From: Ginglymostoma cirratum
Taxonomy: Eukaryota
Reading direction: 5' to 3'
Assembly: GCA_024137785.1 (NCBI GenBank)
Contig: JAHRHZ010000222.1
Span: 30,546,785 to 30,610,784 of the forward strand
Length of the DNA: 64,000 bases
Positions 23,701-36,190 of the stretch are shown piece after piece. Each line of letters starts with the position of its first letter. Position 1 is the stretch's first letter. Below the pieces are notes generated by a model, which saw only the letters and a list, made by a program, of their open reading frames with translations, had not been told where the DNA came from and ran no database searches. The translations under genes were made by a program, and so were the position numbers.

Positions 23701-24944
23701 TGAAAACAGCCAACAAAAAGTGTGCTGAGGCAGCAGAACCATTAAATACTCAACAAACAGTTATCTGAGCCCCTTCCCCATAACTGGCCACTTGCACAGC
23801 AGGGCTACTTAACCAAACAAGTTTTGAGGTGTCAGAAGCAAAAAAAAATCTTGAAAGTTCACACAGTTACAAATATATTTCCTTTCTCTTCACTTTTACT
23901 TCATACATGTCAACAGTGTATTTAGATGTTTTAAAAAATATTTAATAAAGCATATTATGACTAAAAGAGAAGTGTTAAAATAGCCTTAAAAACAACCATT
24001 TTGTTTGTTGCTTATTAAAATCTACTAAATTTTTAGGAGCTTATCATAATACAGTCATTACTTATTGTGTTTAGGGAGTGAAAATAAAGTTTAAGCCATG
24101 GTACAAAATCTTTATCTTCGAATATGTTTCAGAGGCTGAGAACTATATGGTTTCCTGACATAAAACCCTTAATTTAACAATAGAAACCTTTCATCAAACT
24201 TGAAGGACAGCTTTTATTTGGAAACGAGAACTTTGTACATCAATCATTAAAAATCACCAACCATGCTGCACTTAAAAGGGATAGCAAACAGAATCAATCA
24301 ACCTGTAACTTTTTAAATTAAAGATAAGCCACTAGCTGAACTGGACAGTTGTGTAGAAAGTTGACTACAATATTTCATACGGTCAGCAGGTGCAATCACA
24401 TCACTTCTCTATAAGCATAGCGAAAATATATACTTCCTGTAAAATTGTGTTTAACACTTTCAGACCTAAAATAGCATTTCGCATAATATATATGGATGTA
24501 TTAACTAAAGCGCTCTGAACTATGGGCCCCAAATTGAACAGAAGTGAGAAATATTTAATAGCTAAACTCAAAAGGTGAACGATACTTCACAGGTAAGAAG
24601 GGACCTTCAGATTTGGACATCCACTTGCCTTCTATCTGCTCTACATTTCACCCATTTTCTAGGTGTCCAATTGATTTCTGGAAGTTCCACCAAGACAGCA
24701 TTCACTTATGCATAGAGGACAATCTTGACAGGGCCATGCAGCAAAATTGAAAGACCTTAAAAGTGCATGACCACACCAAAAGGTCAGAGTGCATGCAACA
24801 TATGTAAAGATTTTCCCATCTTTTGACATCAGGTAGGAAAATTGTCTGTTCTGTTGGATATCAACGTTGTTTAATTTGGAATGCGTGAAAGTAACTTTCT
24901 TTGTCCCTTTTTCTTTCCTTATCCATCCTTATTTCAATGTAAGA

Positions 24945-25305
24945 CTATAGACATAGAAGCAGAACTAGGCCATTCAGCCCATCAAGTCTGCTTCACCATA
25001 CAATGAGATCATGGTTGATCTAATAATCCTCAACTCCATTTTCCTGTGTGATTCCTATACCCCTCAATTCCCTTACTGATTAAAAATCTGTCTACCTCTG
25101 CCTTGAATAAACTTAATGACCTAGCCTCAACAACCCTATGTGGTAAAGACTTCCACAGATTCACGATTCTCTGAAAGAAGAAATTCCTCTTATCACAGTA
25201 TTAAATGTGTGACTCCATATTTTGGGAATATGTCCTCCGGTGCTTTAATCTCCCACAAATGAAAACAACTTTTCCACATATACCCTGTGAATTCCTCTAA
25301 GAATC
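24945..25305 (-). mobile_element. CR1 3' end
   Basis: TAGAAGCAGAACTAGGCCATTCAGCCC..AAGACTTCCACAGATTCACGATTCTCTGAAAGAAGAAATTCC. Confidence 0.85.
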
Positions 25306-27923
25306 AACAGCTCAGGCTACAATATTAGCAACACTGGGTTTAGGTCACAGCAATTTAGTGCCTCCTAGCCACCTACCCCTTCCTCCCAGGGCTTCAACTC
25401 AGGCATGATCAGTTGATGAGATGAGCAGCTCAAAAAATAACTTCAACAGATATTTTTCAAATAAATGTCCTCAAGGCAAGTGTCAGTGTTTACCAAAGGT
25501 GTTGGAAATCAATCCCAATGTGGTCTGAACACAGTGAGCTATAAATCCTTGTAACTTGTGTAGTTGCATTCTCACATTCCAAGCTCTTCTTAATCTTCCT
25601 GTTTTATTGCCAAATGATTTATTTTACATGTACCTTTATTATGCCATAGTTGAGCAGTATGCATGGCTGTATAAGGCATTTCATATCTGAAAGAAAAGTT
25701 GTGCCCATCAGAACATAAAGATCTGTTCCTGGGAGGAGCTAACCTATGTTCTAGTTTGGTTTCAATTAAGTGCTAAATCCATGTAGCTCATAGGCATACC
25801 ACTTACTCCCAAAGTATGGCTTGAAGTCTTACGAAGCAGTGTCATGTAAGTCAGTTGTAATGTATTTTGCTATTATGAAATTATGAAATAATTTGTATTA
25901 TTGAAATTTTACTTGAAAAATAAAATGTATTATGAAATAAACATTTTCTGCTTGTCAAGACTCCCTTCTACTGAAGACAGATGTCATGCTAGCAGAGCTA
26001 CTATGTGAAAAGATATGGTGTATGTTGATCACCTTTTCTTAGAAGCATCCACATCATTTTTGAGATAGTCAAAACTCAGTTGTGCTGATCATGTAGTCAG
26101 AATGCCTTAGTCAGAATGCATGACACTTACTTACCAAAGTGAATTTTCTTTGAATACCATGACTCTTGAGATATACACTCACGGTGATCAATAGAAGCAC
26201 AATAAGGATACTCTGATGGCTTCACTGAGGAGTGTTGATATCAACTGGGAGCCTCTAAGAAGGGTATTTAGCATTGCTGCACATGGTCCAACAACATATA
26301 ACTGGTGCAAGGCTCCCTTGGAATCAAACACATATCAGAGGGAAAGTGAAAATGCAAGGGAAGGAAATCCCAAGCACACAATTCAACAAAAACTCAAATC
26401 ATATGTGCTGGCTGGTCCATCTAGGTATAGTAATATCTGGATGCAAATCAGCCTTAGCAGTTAATTATGCACCCACCAGAACTGCACCAAGGATCCCAGA
26501 AAATGAACACAGTCATATTTGCCTTGAAGGGTGAACAAGACAAAGAACAGAGAGTTACAAGTTTCAGAGATGGAGGGGCATATATTCTACTTAAAGCTGT
26601 CCATGTCGCATCAGAAAAACAGTCAGGAATTGAAAATTGGAAGGGCTCTCAGTCACCTTGTTGATGCTCAAGGACTGCTTGACACAATGTATATGGAAAC
26701 TGAAATGCATTTATAAAACAAATTAATTTCTCCTTGTTTCAGTGTATTACTCACAAATTATTTGTCATTTTAATATTTTTAAGACAATTATATTTTAATG
26801 TTACATTGTCATGTTGACTGGCACCCTGCTGCAAACAGTCATCAATTTTTAAAGTGCTGTGGTTGTCTAATCACAGATAAGCACGTGATCAAACAAACAA
26901 ACACAATACAATGTCTCAAGCAGAGCTCTTAGGCATCTAATGACCTGCAGTAAATAGGATGTGCAGTTAAGGGCAGATCTATTTAGCAAACAAAGTAATA
27001 ACCCATGAGATTGCGCACTACGTAGTTTCCCCACAAATAACAATGACTGCACTTCGAATGTACAATACCTCTCATGCATTTTGGTGACACCCTGAAGTTG
27101 AAATATAAATTGCATTTTCACTTTATCTTTCTGTTTATGACAGGATTTTGAAACAATTATTTGAAATGAAATTATTCCAGAAAAGTTCAGAAACAATTCT
27201 GAAGAGAATAATACAGAAATATTCATTATATAGAGCCATAGGGCCATGCAGCACAGAAACATGGCTCCAGTCTTTGAGTTAGTAACGCAAAGTGGAGCAG
27301 ATTTTAAAAATCTACTGGTAACACCAGCGTGATGGGGTAAACTCTCCATTCACCGCTCTGCCCATTTCCCCCACACCAAAAGGACATGTTATTGGCACAA
27401 ATAGCTGTCAACAAAAACAAATTCCAAACACAACTCTAGCAGACAATTTGTATCTTTGCAGCTAATCCCAGAGTAGTTCTGTTGTGATGGATAATATCCA
27501 GCAAACAATACCAAATTTTCCTTATCTTAAAGCACAATCAACAATTTTTCCATAGCTGGATTTGTAAAGTGTTTCCCATGTTTACTTACATAAAAATGAC
27601 GGCAGATCAAACCAAGTCTTTGTACATCTCCCAAATCTGAGGACCATCCTCCCACAACTCAGCATCTAAATCTCTTCAATCAGATTTCCACAGCAGCAAA
27701 ATGATCAAAATTAAAGTCACAACTGATCTGTTTAATTGACCACAAAATGCATTATCCTCTTCAATCACCTTTAACCTCATCAACCATAACGCTTCTGTTG
27801 TCCAGAATGAAACTTGGATCCTCTTCCAGCCCCCATTGTCAAATGCCAGAATCCCATATGGAACCATTTCCAGCCCCTTCATTTCCTTCTTTACGTGCTG
27901 CTTCTTGGAAACATAAAGGAATT

Positions 27924-28586
27924 TTACAGACCCCACTGGGGACAATTACAGAAGTGGAAAGCACTAGGAAAAAAAAAGTTCCCTGGATCCATCCCTGATT
28001 CCTCTGGCCATTTTCCTGGAGGCAGGATGGAGCTAGCAGGGCTACTGTGACAGGTGAATAGTTAAACAATGTGAAGTTTATTGAGGCCTATTAATGGAGG
28101 TCTGATGGGACTTTCTAGTCAGCTGCCAGATTGCAGAGGCACTGGGGACAGTTTAGCTGCCTGGTATTGGTTCCCAGACGAAGAGGTCAGGGTGGCCCTG
28201 TCTGCTACCTGGGTTCTGCATTAGTCCAAGGCCACCCTATGGTTCCACCCCAACCCTCCATCCTAACAGCACCACACTCACTACTGAACCAACAGTTGCA
28301 GCCTAGCTGTGAAGACTGTTTTAGTTTAAAGTTTGATAAGTTGGAGAGAGGGTGTCTCTATTTTGAATGTTTTCATATCCGCCAGTTATTGTCCTGCTGC
28401 TATAATTAAAGCTGCCTTCTACTTTAAGGAGTCCATCATCCATAACTGAACAGCTTGCCCCCATCAACATTAATTGACCACTCTGGGGAGAATGACATTA
28501 AAATGTCCATTTCTCACACAATGCGGGTTTCAGCCCCAATTGAATCTGATGGTGGGGTTTAGAAGCCTGCAGGGAGAAATTTGCCC
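27924..28586. mobile_element. Decayed Harbinger-type MITE candidate
   Basis: Ends GGAATTTTACAG.. and ..GAAATTTGCCC resemble the GGG..AATTTT termini at 44723 and 56651; GC-richer interior. Confidence 0.35.
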
Positions 28587-28879
28587 TGCAGTCAGATTCT
28601 ATACAAACTGTCCACTGACGACATCCAGCTCTACCTCTCTCTCACCTCACAAATACTGTTCTGTTTGAGGCTAAACCAGCTGGCTTGAAGCTGGCAACTG
28701 TGCCATTTTTCAATCCTAAACTGTATTTATCAGTTCATAATACAAAGACCACTTAATTGCATCTGTAACACCTTCGTTCATACTTCAATTTGTACGTTGC
28801 ATAAATGTTCATCCTGCCTTTTTCACCCTAAAATTTGGCATCCCACTTCAGGCATCCATCTTTCACCCTTGATAAACTT

Positions 28880-29370
28880 CAGCTCATCACTTTGTCACTC
28901 TGCTGTGACCTATCCTGTAGTAAGATCCATTTACTGTTCCCATTGATTCACTCAGTTCTCGTTGATCTACATTAGCTCCTGTCTCCCAATGCCTCAATTT
29001 TAAAATATTCATCCTTATGTTTAAGTCCTTCCATGCCCTCTTCTTTCCATGTCTCTGACAGCCTTCCCCCAACTTCTTTAAACTTCTGATCCTGGCCTCT
29101 TTTATATCCTGCGCTTTTCTGTTATACCCATGTAAGATGATCCATAACAGCCAAGGCCTCACTTTCTGGAATGCCCTACTTCCATCCCTCTAAATATCCA
29201 CTCCCTCTCTTTCTTTAAAAGATGCTGCATTAAAACACCTCTTAGCCCAAACATTCCTTTTCCTCTCCAACCATTTCCTTATTTGTCTCAGTATCCATTC
29301 TTCAAATGCAACACAGTGAAATGCTGTAAAATTTTCTTTTGCATTGAATACACTTTATAAGTGGAGTTAT
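28880..29370 (+). mobile_element. L2 LINE 3' end (decayed)
   Basis: CATCAC..TGCTGTGACCTA..TTTAAAATATTCATCCTTATGTTTAAGTCCTTCCATGCCCTC, homologous to 50820-51230. Confidence 0.7.
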
Positions 29371-30090
29371 TATATTTGGAGATTCTAAGAGATACAGGAG
29401 AATACTGCATAAAAAAAGTTTAACTTCTTAATTGCAAAAGATATCCAAACAATTATGACAGAATCTAAATTTATACTGAAGCAAATCTAACTTAATCTGC
29501 AGAACAAATTGTTCATAATAAAAAACAGTCTGAGTTTGGTAGCTAGATATACTTACAAACAATTGATAACTTGCTGAATATCAAACATCTTGCAACATTC
29601 TTTATGTCATTAAGTCTGTTTGTCTACATACGTTTACCATGGTTACTAACCACCACAGGGTTAATTTTATTGGTAACAGTTCAGAACAATCAACATTGTG
29701 TTTTTCTCAATGACCTTGAAAATATTTTCTCACAATTTTAATTAGGAATCTATTCCAATGTTTTCGGTTCCACATTGAAAGTTGTGGAGCTGCTTTTATG
29801 CTAGTCAACTGAAACATGTATTGCATTATTACAATTATTGCTTTACAAAAATATTTTGAATTCTTAGCCAAATTTTGTTGCAAGTCATCAGTAGTAGATG
29901 CCATTGTCCTGACAATCCAGCCTTAATCCTAAATTCAGCAAAGAGCTTTCACTATTCAGCTGTCATTTCTGTTTTGTATTTAACTCAAGCCTTTAACTGG
30001 AAACAAGTAATCAATTCCTCCCACAAAGAAATTGCTCACCACAGTACTAAATCTCCCAAAAAATAACACATCACCACAGCAAAACCTATA

Positions 30091-30445
30091 TTATGGTCTA
30101 CGGGTCAGGAAGTCGAGAATCCAGTTAGAGACGGGGGAGCTGAGACCTAGGTCTTGGAGTTTAGAGATGAGTTTGTTTGAAATTATGATGTTGAAGGCAG
30201 AGCTGTACTTAATAAGTAGGAGCCTGACTTGGGTATACTTGTTATCCAGATATTCCAGGGATGAGTGTAGGGCCAGAGAGATGGCATCGACTATGGACCC
30301 ATTGCACTGGTAGGCGAATTGCAAAGGATAAAAGCAATTTGGTAGGCTGGAATCGATATGAGCCATAACTAACTTCTCGAAGCACTTCATAATTACGGAG
30401 GTCAGAACTACCAGGCAGTAGTCATTGAGGCACGTTGCATCCCTT
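30091..30445 (-). mobile_element. Rex1/Babar LINE reverse-transcriptase fragment
   Basis: LNDYCLVVLTSVIMKCFEKLV..PLQFAYQCNGSIVDAISLALHSSLEYLDNK..VRLLLIKYSSAFNII..WILDFLTRRP matches the Rex1 RT N-terminal motifs. Confidence 0.9.
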
Positions 30446-30989
30446 CTTAAGCACATTTTCACCATTAAGTCAGCAGTATTTTAACCCTTCCATCATTTAG
30501 AAAGGCTGATTAGAATGCCACACTTACTCTCTCCCACTCACCCACCCTTTCAATGTGCACCTTCAAAGGTTTCACAGTTCCAAACACGCAATAGCAAGCC
30601 TTGCGCAGTATTGACATCAGATACCAGCACTTTGCACTGTCGCTAATGTGGTGTAATGCTATTCATGTAAATCATATGACACTGTCACTGATCACATGAC
30701 TATTATTAATAAAAAAGATACCAGTCCAGAACAAGCATGTGAACAGTGAAGTCTTAGACACTATTCTAGAAAATTGTATTTACTAACCTACAATTTATAG
30801 GTATAAATGAGTGTTTATAAATAAATGTGTGTTACAACACAAAAGGAGTTGAAGAGCCTTAACTGTTCATAAGGCAAAAGGAGCCTCCAGGCAATGTATA
30901 TGCAGACCACCCACAGCATTAGATAATCCAGACTGGTATCTCAGTGTTCAGGTAGCAGCACTGGCTAAAAGCACAGTGAAGAGAAAGCA

Positions 30990-31007
30990 TGGTGGCAGCC
31001 AGGGATA
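30990..31007 (+). promoter_or_regulatory. Primer-binding site, tRNA-Leu-like
   Basis: TGGTGGCAGCCAGGGAT compared with TGGTGGCAGCGGTGGGAT, the complement of a tRNA-Leu 3' end (recalled); it immediately follows an LTR-terminal CA. Confidence 0.55.
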
Positions 31008-31559
31008 AACCTCCAGAGCTAGGGCCTGGTTAAAACAGAGTCCACCAGGGGACTCAGGTGAAAAGGGAAGACTCTCAAGGCAGCACCAATTTTTAAGACT
31101 TTAAATCCGCAACTGAGTAAAAAGCTGAAAGACTATGAAGGCAGGCCATGATTCCAGAGTATTTTATGAAATAAACTAGAATGGAAGACAACTCTGAATG
31201 CTGGAAAAATATCTCAGAGGAGTTTGATACTCTGGAGCAGAAAAGTATAGAATCAGGACACTTCAATAATCGGAAGGAAAAATTCAAGTACCCACCCAGA
31301 TCAGTAAAGCATGATAGTCCGTAGAGATGGCAACTCCAGTAAAGACTTTGACATCACCTCAACCAAATGATAATACAGCAAGTCATCAATGAGACCAGAT
31401 GTTGTAGCTCTCAAAAGAGGTAATTTTGGTGCTGTAGAAAACCTTCAGACTTCCTTACAAAGGAACAGAAGGGTGGAAAGGAGCAATATGGAATATGGTG
31501 GATTGATTAGTCCATTAAATACAGACTTCAGCCCCAAAAGAAACTTAATGATACAACAG

Positions 31560-32005
31560 AAATGATGAGAGAATGCAAAAAGGTGGGTTTGGGGGTCCAC
31601 ATGCCTGAATCACAATAAGCTAGCATTCAAGTTCAGCAGGTAATAGGGAAGGCAAATAGACTGTTGGCCTTTATTTCAGGCGGAGATGAGTATAAAAATT
31701 GGGAAGTCTTGCTCAAACTATACAAGGCAGTAGTTTGAACACACCTAGCATACCGTGAATAGTTTTGGTCCCCTTAACAATGATATCGTGTAACTGGAAG
31801 CAATCCAGAAAATGGTCACCAGGTTGATTCCAGGTATGGAGGGATTTTCTTATGAGGAGATTTTGATTAGTTTGGACGTGTACTCTTTGAAATGTAGAAT
31901 AAATGAGAAGGGGTGTTGTTGTTTTTACGAAGCTTGATTCGGTAGATGTGGGGAGATTGTCTCCCTTTGTGAAACATGCTAGAACCAGAGGGCGTAATCT
32001 CAGGC
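31560..32005 (+). mobile_element. CR1 RT C-terminal fragment nested in the Gypsy element
   Basis: QVQQVIGKANRLLAFI..LLKLYKAVV..HLAY..FWSP..FSYEE. Confidence 0.85.
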
Positions 32006-34379
32006 ACTGGCACTATTTCTGGCACAGAAAATGGTTTACATTACTTCTGATGCATGGAGAATCAAGTTAACACATTTATCCCAATTAACTCAACCCATAA
32101 AAACCATTTGAAACAGACCAGCAATGCTATTAGAGTCAGAGCAGTCTGCAACTTTTTGGTAAGATTAGGAGAAGTTACTTTCTACACATGTTTAAGCACA
32201 TTACAGTCCAGGGTTATGCACTCTCATAGTTGCAGATTCATCGTCCACCTGGTGCGCAGCAGTCTTTATTTAAGTACAAACTGACAGAACATGAAAACTG
32301 ATCTATTTTACATGGAGAACTTTGACAAGAGACTGAACAGAAATATGAAACGATACAGAAGGAAACATTAGCAGTTACTTGTGGATATGAAAGATTTGCA
32401 GCCCTTATAGGACTGAAATTCCAGGTTGAGATGGAAGACAAACCTTTGTTAATATTTTTGAAATTGAAGAAAGCTAAAAAATGTCAAAACATTTAAAGAT
32501 TCAGGCTCAGGATTAGGATGAGTTATGACGACGGAATAGTCTATGGTCAAGGCAAGGCACAAGTGATGGCAAATGCACTCCTCTGGCCAGCAGCGAATCA
32601 AGCAAAGAAAGAGAATCTTACCATTATACAAGATATAAAGACTAAATCTACAGAAATAACTGACATTTCACCAGCAACTGCAAGACAAATTGTACAGCAC
32701 AAGACTCTGAAGAACTGTAGAAATGCTACTTTCTTGTAAGGGCAGTCAAAATAAAGTCTGGCAGACCAAATGTGTTATATCTACAATTGGAAATTCTACA
32801 GGAATTACAAGAGGTCATCTAGGTATTATGAAGTGAACAGCAAGAGCACAACAGTGTGGGTGTCAAGCACTTTCAAAGACATAAAGGATTATATTTTGTC
32901 ATGCTAACATCGACAACTGCCTTCACAGTCAATGACTTCATCATGGTTTCCAGAAAGGCCATGATAAAATCAGCAGTGGATTTGTTTGATTTTAGAAGGA
33001 AGATACGTTTAGTCCTGGTCAACTGTTATTCAAGATGAAATGAAGTGGCCGGACTTTATTCAACCACAGCAAACGCTATGAGCAGAACTCTGAAAATGTT
33101 CTTTGTGATACGCGGCTTCCTAGAAGAAAAAACATCAGAGCATAGACCTCAATTCAAAAACGAGGATTTCAGAAATTTCACTTTGGAGGCAGGCCAGGTG
33201 ACAAGTTCTGCACTCCGTCCTCAGTTCAGCAGAGAAGCAGAGAGAACAGTCAAACTGTGAAATTACAAATGCATAAAAATCCCGACTGGAAATTAGCTCT
33301 ACTCAGTTACAGAGCAACACCATTGATTAATGGGTACTAGCTAGCAGAATTGTTAAAGGAGAGGTTAAAAACAGACATTCCAGATTTAGAACACAACCTC
33401 AAGCTAAACATAACCTCTCAAGATTACGAGAAGGCAAAACAATTGGAGAAAAGTCACAGTAAATCACAGCAGAGGGGGCACAATGCTAGATGCAGGGTGA
33501 AAACTATGACAATCTTAACACCTGTGTAGAAGGTCTATTTAAGGGACAGGAAGCCAGAAACTATGATTATCAGAAAAGCAAATCAACCAAGGTCTGATCT
33601 TGTCAGGACCTCTGAAGAGACATTCGGGTGAATAGGAAGACATTGATCTTACTTGAGCCAAGAGTGAATGCAGTTGTAAATAAGGGACTGTTGGAGTGCA
33701 TAAGAAGTTGAAGTGTCTTGCTTAATGATAAAGAGCAAACAGTCTCATGAACAGTATATGTGCAGAAAGCCAGAACCCAAGATACTCCAGGCTGGTATTT
33801 CAATATGCGAGTAGCAAGGTTGGCTTAAAGTGCAAGATAAAGCAGCTAGAATTAATGCTACCAACCAAAGATTTAGCAGAAAGTACTGATGCTGTTATTG
33901 TGAAGTTTGGAAATCACTGAGTTCAATCTCTGAGCAGCATCAGAAGCCTCATTTGGAAAGAAAAGTTCTGCAGCAAGCCTGGCTTTAGACCTGCCCAACT
34001 GAGGTGATATCTGGTCATTGAAACAAAAAGAAATCTACATGATCTACAACATAAATGCAACTGTTCAAACACTACATGAACTGAAAGGAGCCAACACAGC
34101 TGTGAAAAAGATAGGAATATGCTGCACAAATAAACACTGTATGTGACAACAGAAACCCAGGAGGTATGCATTCCAACATAACAATTGTAATACATGTATT
34201 TTTTACTTAAACATTAGCCATTGCCTATCCATCAATCCATCAACAAATGTTTCAATGAATGTTACTCAATCTTTCATAGAGAATTCATCCATGACGCCTT
34301 TGTCTTTTTCTTTGTTTAGATTTAGGACTCTAGTTTCAGAGTGAGCTACATCATCCTTCATCTGAATAAAGAAATATAT

Positions 34380-35760
34380 CATGTTATGGTCACTCTTTCC
34401 TTAAGGACCCAATACATCAAAATTATTAGTTAACCACTTCTCACTGTACAACACTAAACCTTGGATAACCTGCTCCCTAATTGGTTCCAAAATGTACTGG
34501 TCTGTAAACAGCATCTTGAAAACACGCCAGAATTCATCTACCCAACAGTATTACTGCAAATATGGGTTGCCTATTCTACATATAAAGTTAGCCATGATTA
34601 CCTTGGTATGTCCGTTACACATACCTCAAACTTTTTGATTCATGACATCCCCTGTTTGGATGCCAAAAAGAACTCCCAAAAGAACACATTTTGTTATTTC
34701 TCAGTTCCACCTAGACTAATTTCACAAAATAAAAACCGAAAGAACTGCAGATACTATAAATCAGGAACAAAAAAAGAGGTTGCTGGAAAAGCTCAGCTGG
34801 TCTGGCAGCATCTGTGCAGAAAAAATCAGAATTAACATTTTGGGTCTGGTTCTGAGGAAGGGTCACCGGACCCAAAACGTTAACTCTGATTTTTTTCTCC
34901 ACAGATGCTGCCAGACTGGCTGAGATTTTCCAGCAACTTTTGTTTTTGTTGTGAACTAATTTCATAGTTGGATTTTCAGAGCCAATACTCTTTCTCATTG
35001 TTGCACTAATATAATCCTCTCCTAAAATTCCATCCCACTTTCTTTACTTTTTTTCATGTTCTTCCTAAATATTGAATATACTTGGATATTCAGATCACAG
35101 CCTTGGTTACCTTGCAGCCATGTTTCCATAATCACAAACATATCATACCTGTTTACAACTATTTGCACTATTAATTCATCTATCTTATGGTGAGTCTATT
35201 ATTCATTCATATAATACCTTTAGACATGTCTTTTTAACATTTGTTCTGACATACTTTGTATTAATGCCCCATTTGCTGCGCCCCTTATTTTCTCTGCCTT
35301 CCAGTTATACTTTCTACATTTCTGTTTTTCAATTCTTTCTTGATTTCCTTCTCTCGGGTATCCCAGTTTAGATTCCCACTCCCTGCTACTCTAGTTGAAA
35401 TCCTCCCCCAAGGTTATTACAAAATGTGACGATATTGGTTTTGGTCCTGCAGTGGTTCACGATTCTCAGCCTAACTATTTATTTTGCATTGCTGTGGATC
35501 ATATATTTATTGGTTGTAGGTGATTCCACACCCATTTTAGTTATTTTAAAAAAAAACATTTTGCTGTGCTTTTGGTTGCACTTCAGCTCCACAATCCTGA
35601 TCTTTGGGCATCCGGTATGAAGTAGTATAGGCAAATCAGAGGACCTCTTCATGGGTTTGCTCTGGCCTGGACAAGTTAGCCATTAATAGATCCAGATAGC
35701 TGTGGAGAGGGTCATAGCTGTCAACTGTCTGCCCCTCTTTTGTGGCTATGTTCATGTCTG
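34380..35760 (-). mobile_element. CR1 5' region (APE endonuclease and ORF1 remnant)
   Basis: Reverse of 35085-35215 gives KIDELIVQIVVNRYDMFVIMETWLQGNQGCDLNIQ (CR1 EN N-terminus); split by the 34725-34954 insert. Confidence 0.8.
34725..34954. mobile_element. 230 bp palindromic PLE-tail mini-element with 10 bp TSD and central hammerhead motif
   Basis: TSD ACTAATTTCA at 34715-34724 and 34955-34964; inverted arms ~34767-34850 and ~34865-34950; CTGAGGA-A-GGGTC(ACCG)GACCC-AAAACGTT at 34852-34881. Confidence 0.85.
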
Positions 35761-36078
35761 GGTGTCCTTGGAGAGAGAGCATGTAGTATCACCAATACGC
35801 TCAAAGCCTTTAAAGAGAGGTGGCACTGCAGAGATTTGAGTTATTATTTCCCCTGCCAACTCCATTTTGATTTTCCCCCTCTCCCTCTCCTTAACTCTCC
35901 CTCACCTTTGACGGCCTGGATTGCTCTTACAGGCTTTGCATGTAAACTAATCAATTGGAAAACACAGCGATTTACTGGTGTGATTAATAGTTGAAAAACA
36001 TACCACAGGTGATTTGGTGATGGGAAATAAAACTGTAAGAGTACTCCTAGATATAAAAGAAATATATTGACAAACTTG

Positions 36079-36190
36079 GGGGTCTTGTGGTGCAGTGATA
36101 GTGTCCCTACCTCTGGACTAGTGGGCCTTGGTCCAAGCACCACCAGCTCCAGGGGGGTGTAATAAAATCTCTGAACCGGTTGATTAAAAA
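36079..36190 (+). mobile_element. Short tRNA-derived SINE
   Basis: A-box-like TGGTGCAGTGA and degenerate B-box GGTCCAAGCAC; ends GGTTGATTAAAAA. Confidence 0.6.

Larger units (their letters stand above)
30650..33845 (+). mobile_element. Decayed Gypsy/Ty3 LTR retrotransposon: LTR remnants, PBS, RNase H, integrase; most of gag and RT missing
   Basis: Direct repeats at ~30815-30989 and ~33675-33845 (AGATAATCCAGACTGGTATCTCA vs AGATACTCCAGGCTGGTATTTCA); CA+TGGTGGCAGC PBS at 30990; RNase H ETEQKYETIQKETLAVTCGYERF..IGLKFQVEMEDKPL (~32330-32450); integrase AVDLFDF..VNCYSR, STTA..LKMFF..SEHRPQF..TSS..PQFSREAERTV (32970-33260). Confidence 0.85.

Noticed and set aside
26867-27349. 160 aa minus-strand ORF
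   Set aside because: No domain similarity recognised, and it overlaps an apparent decayed SINE tail at ~27030-27120.
36079-36150. tRNA gene
   Set aside because: No cloverleaf, a degenerate B-box and a SINE-like tail; the same applies to ~22057-22120.
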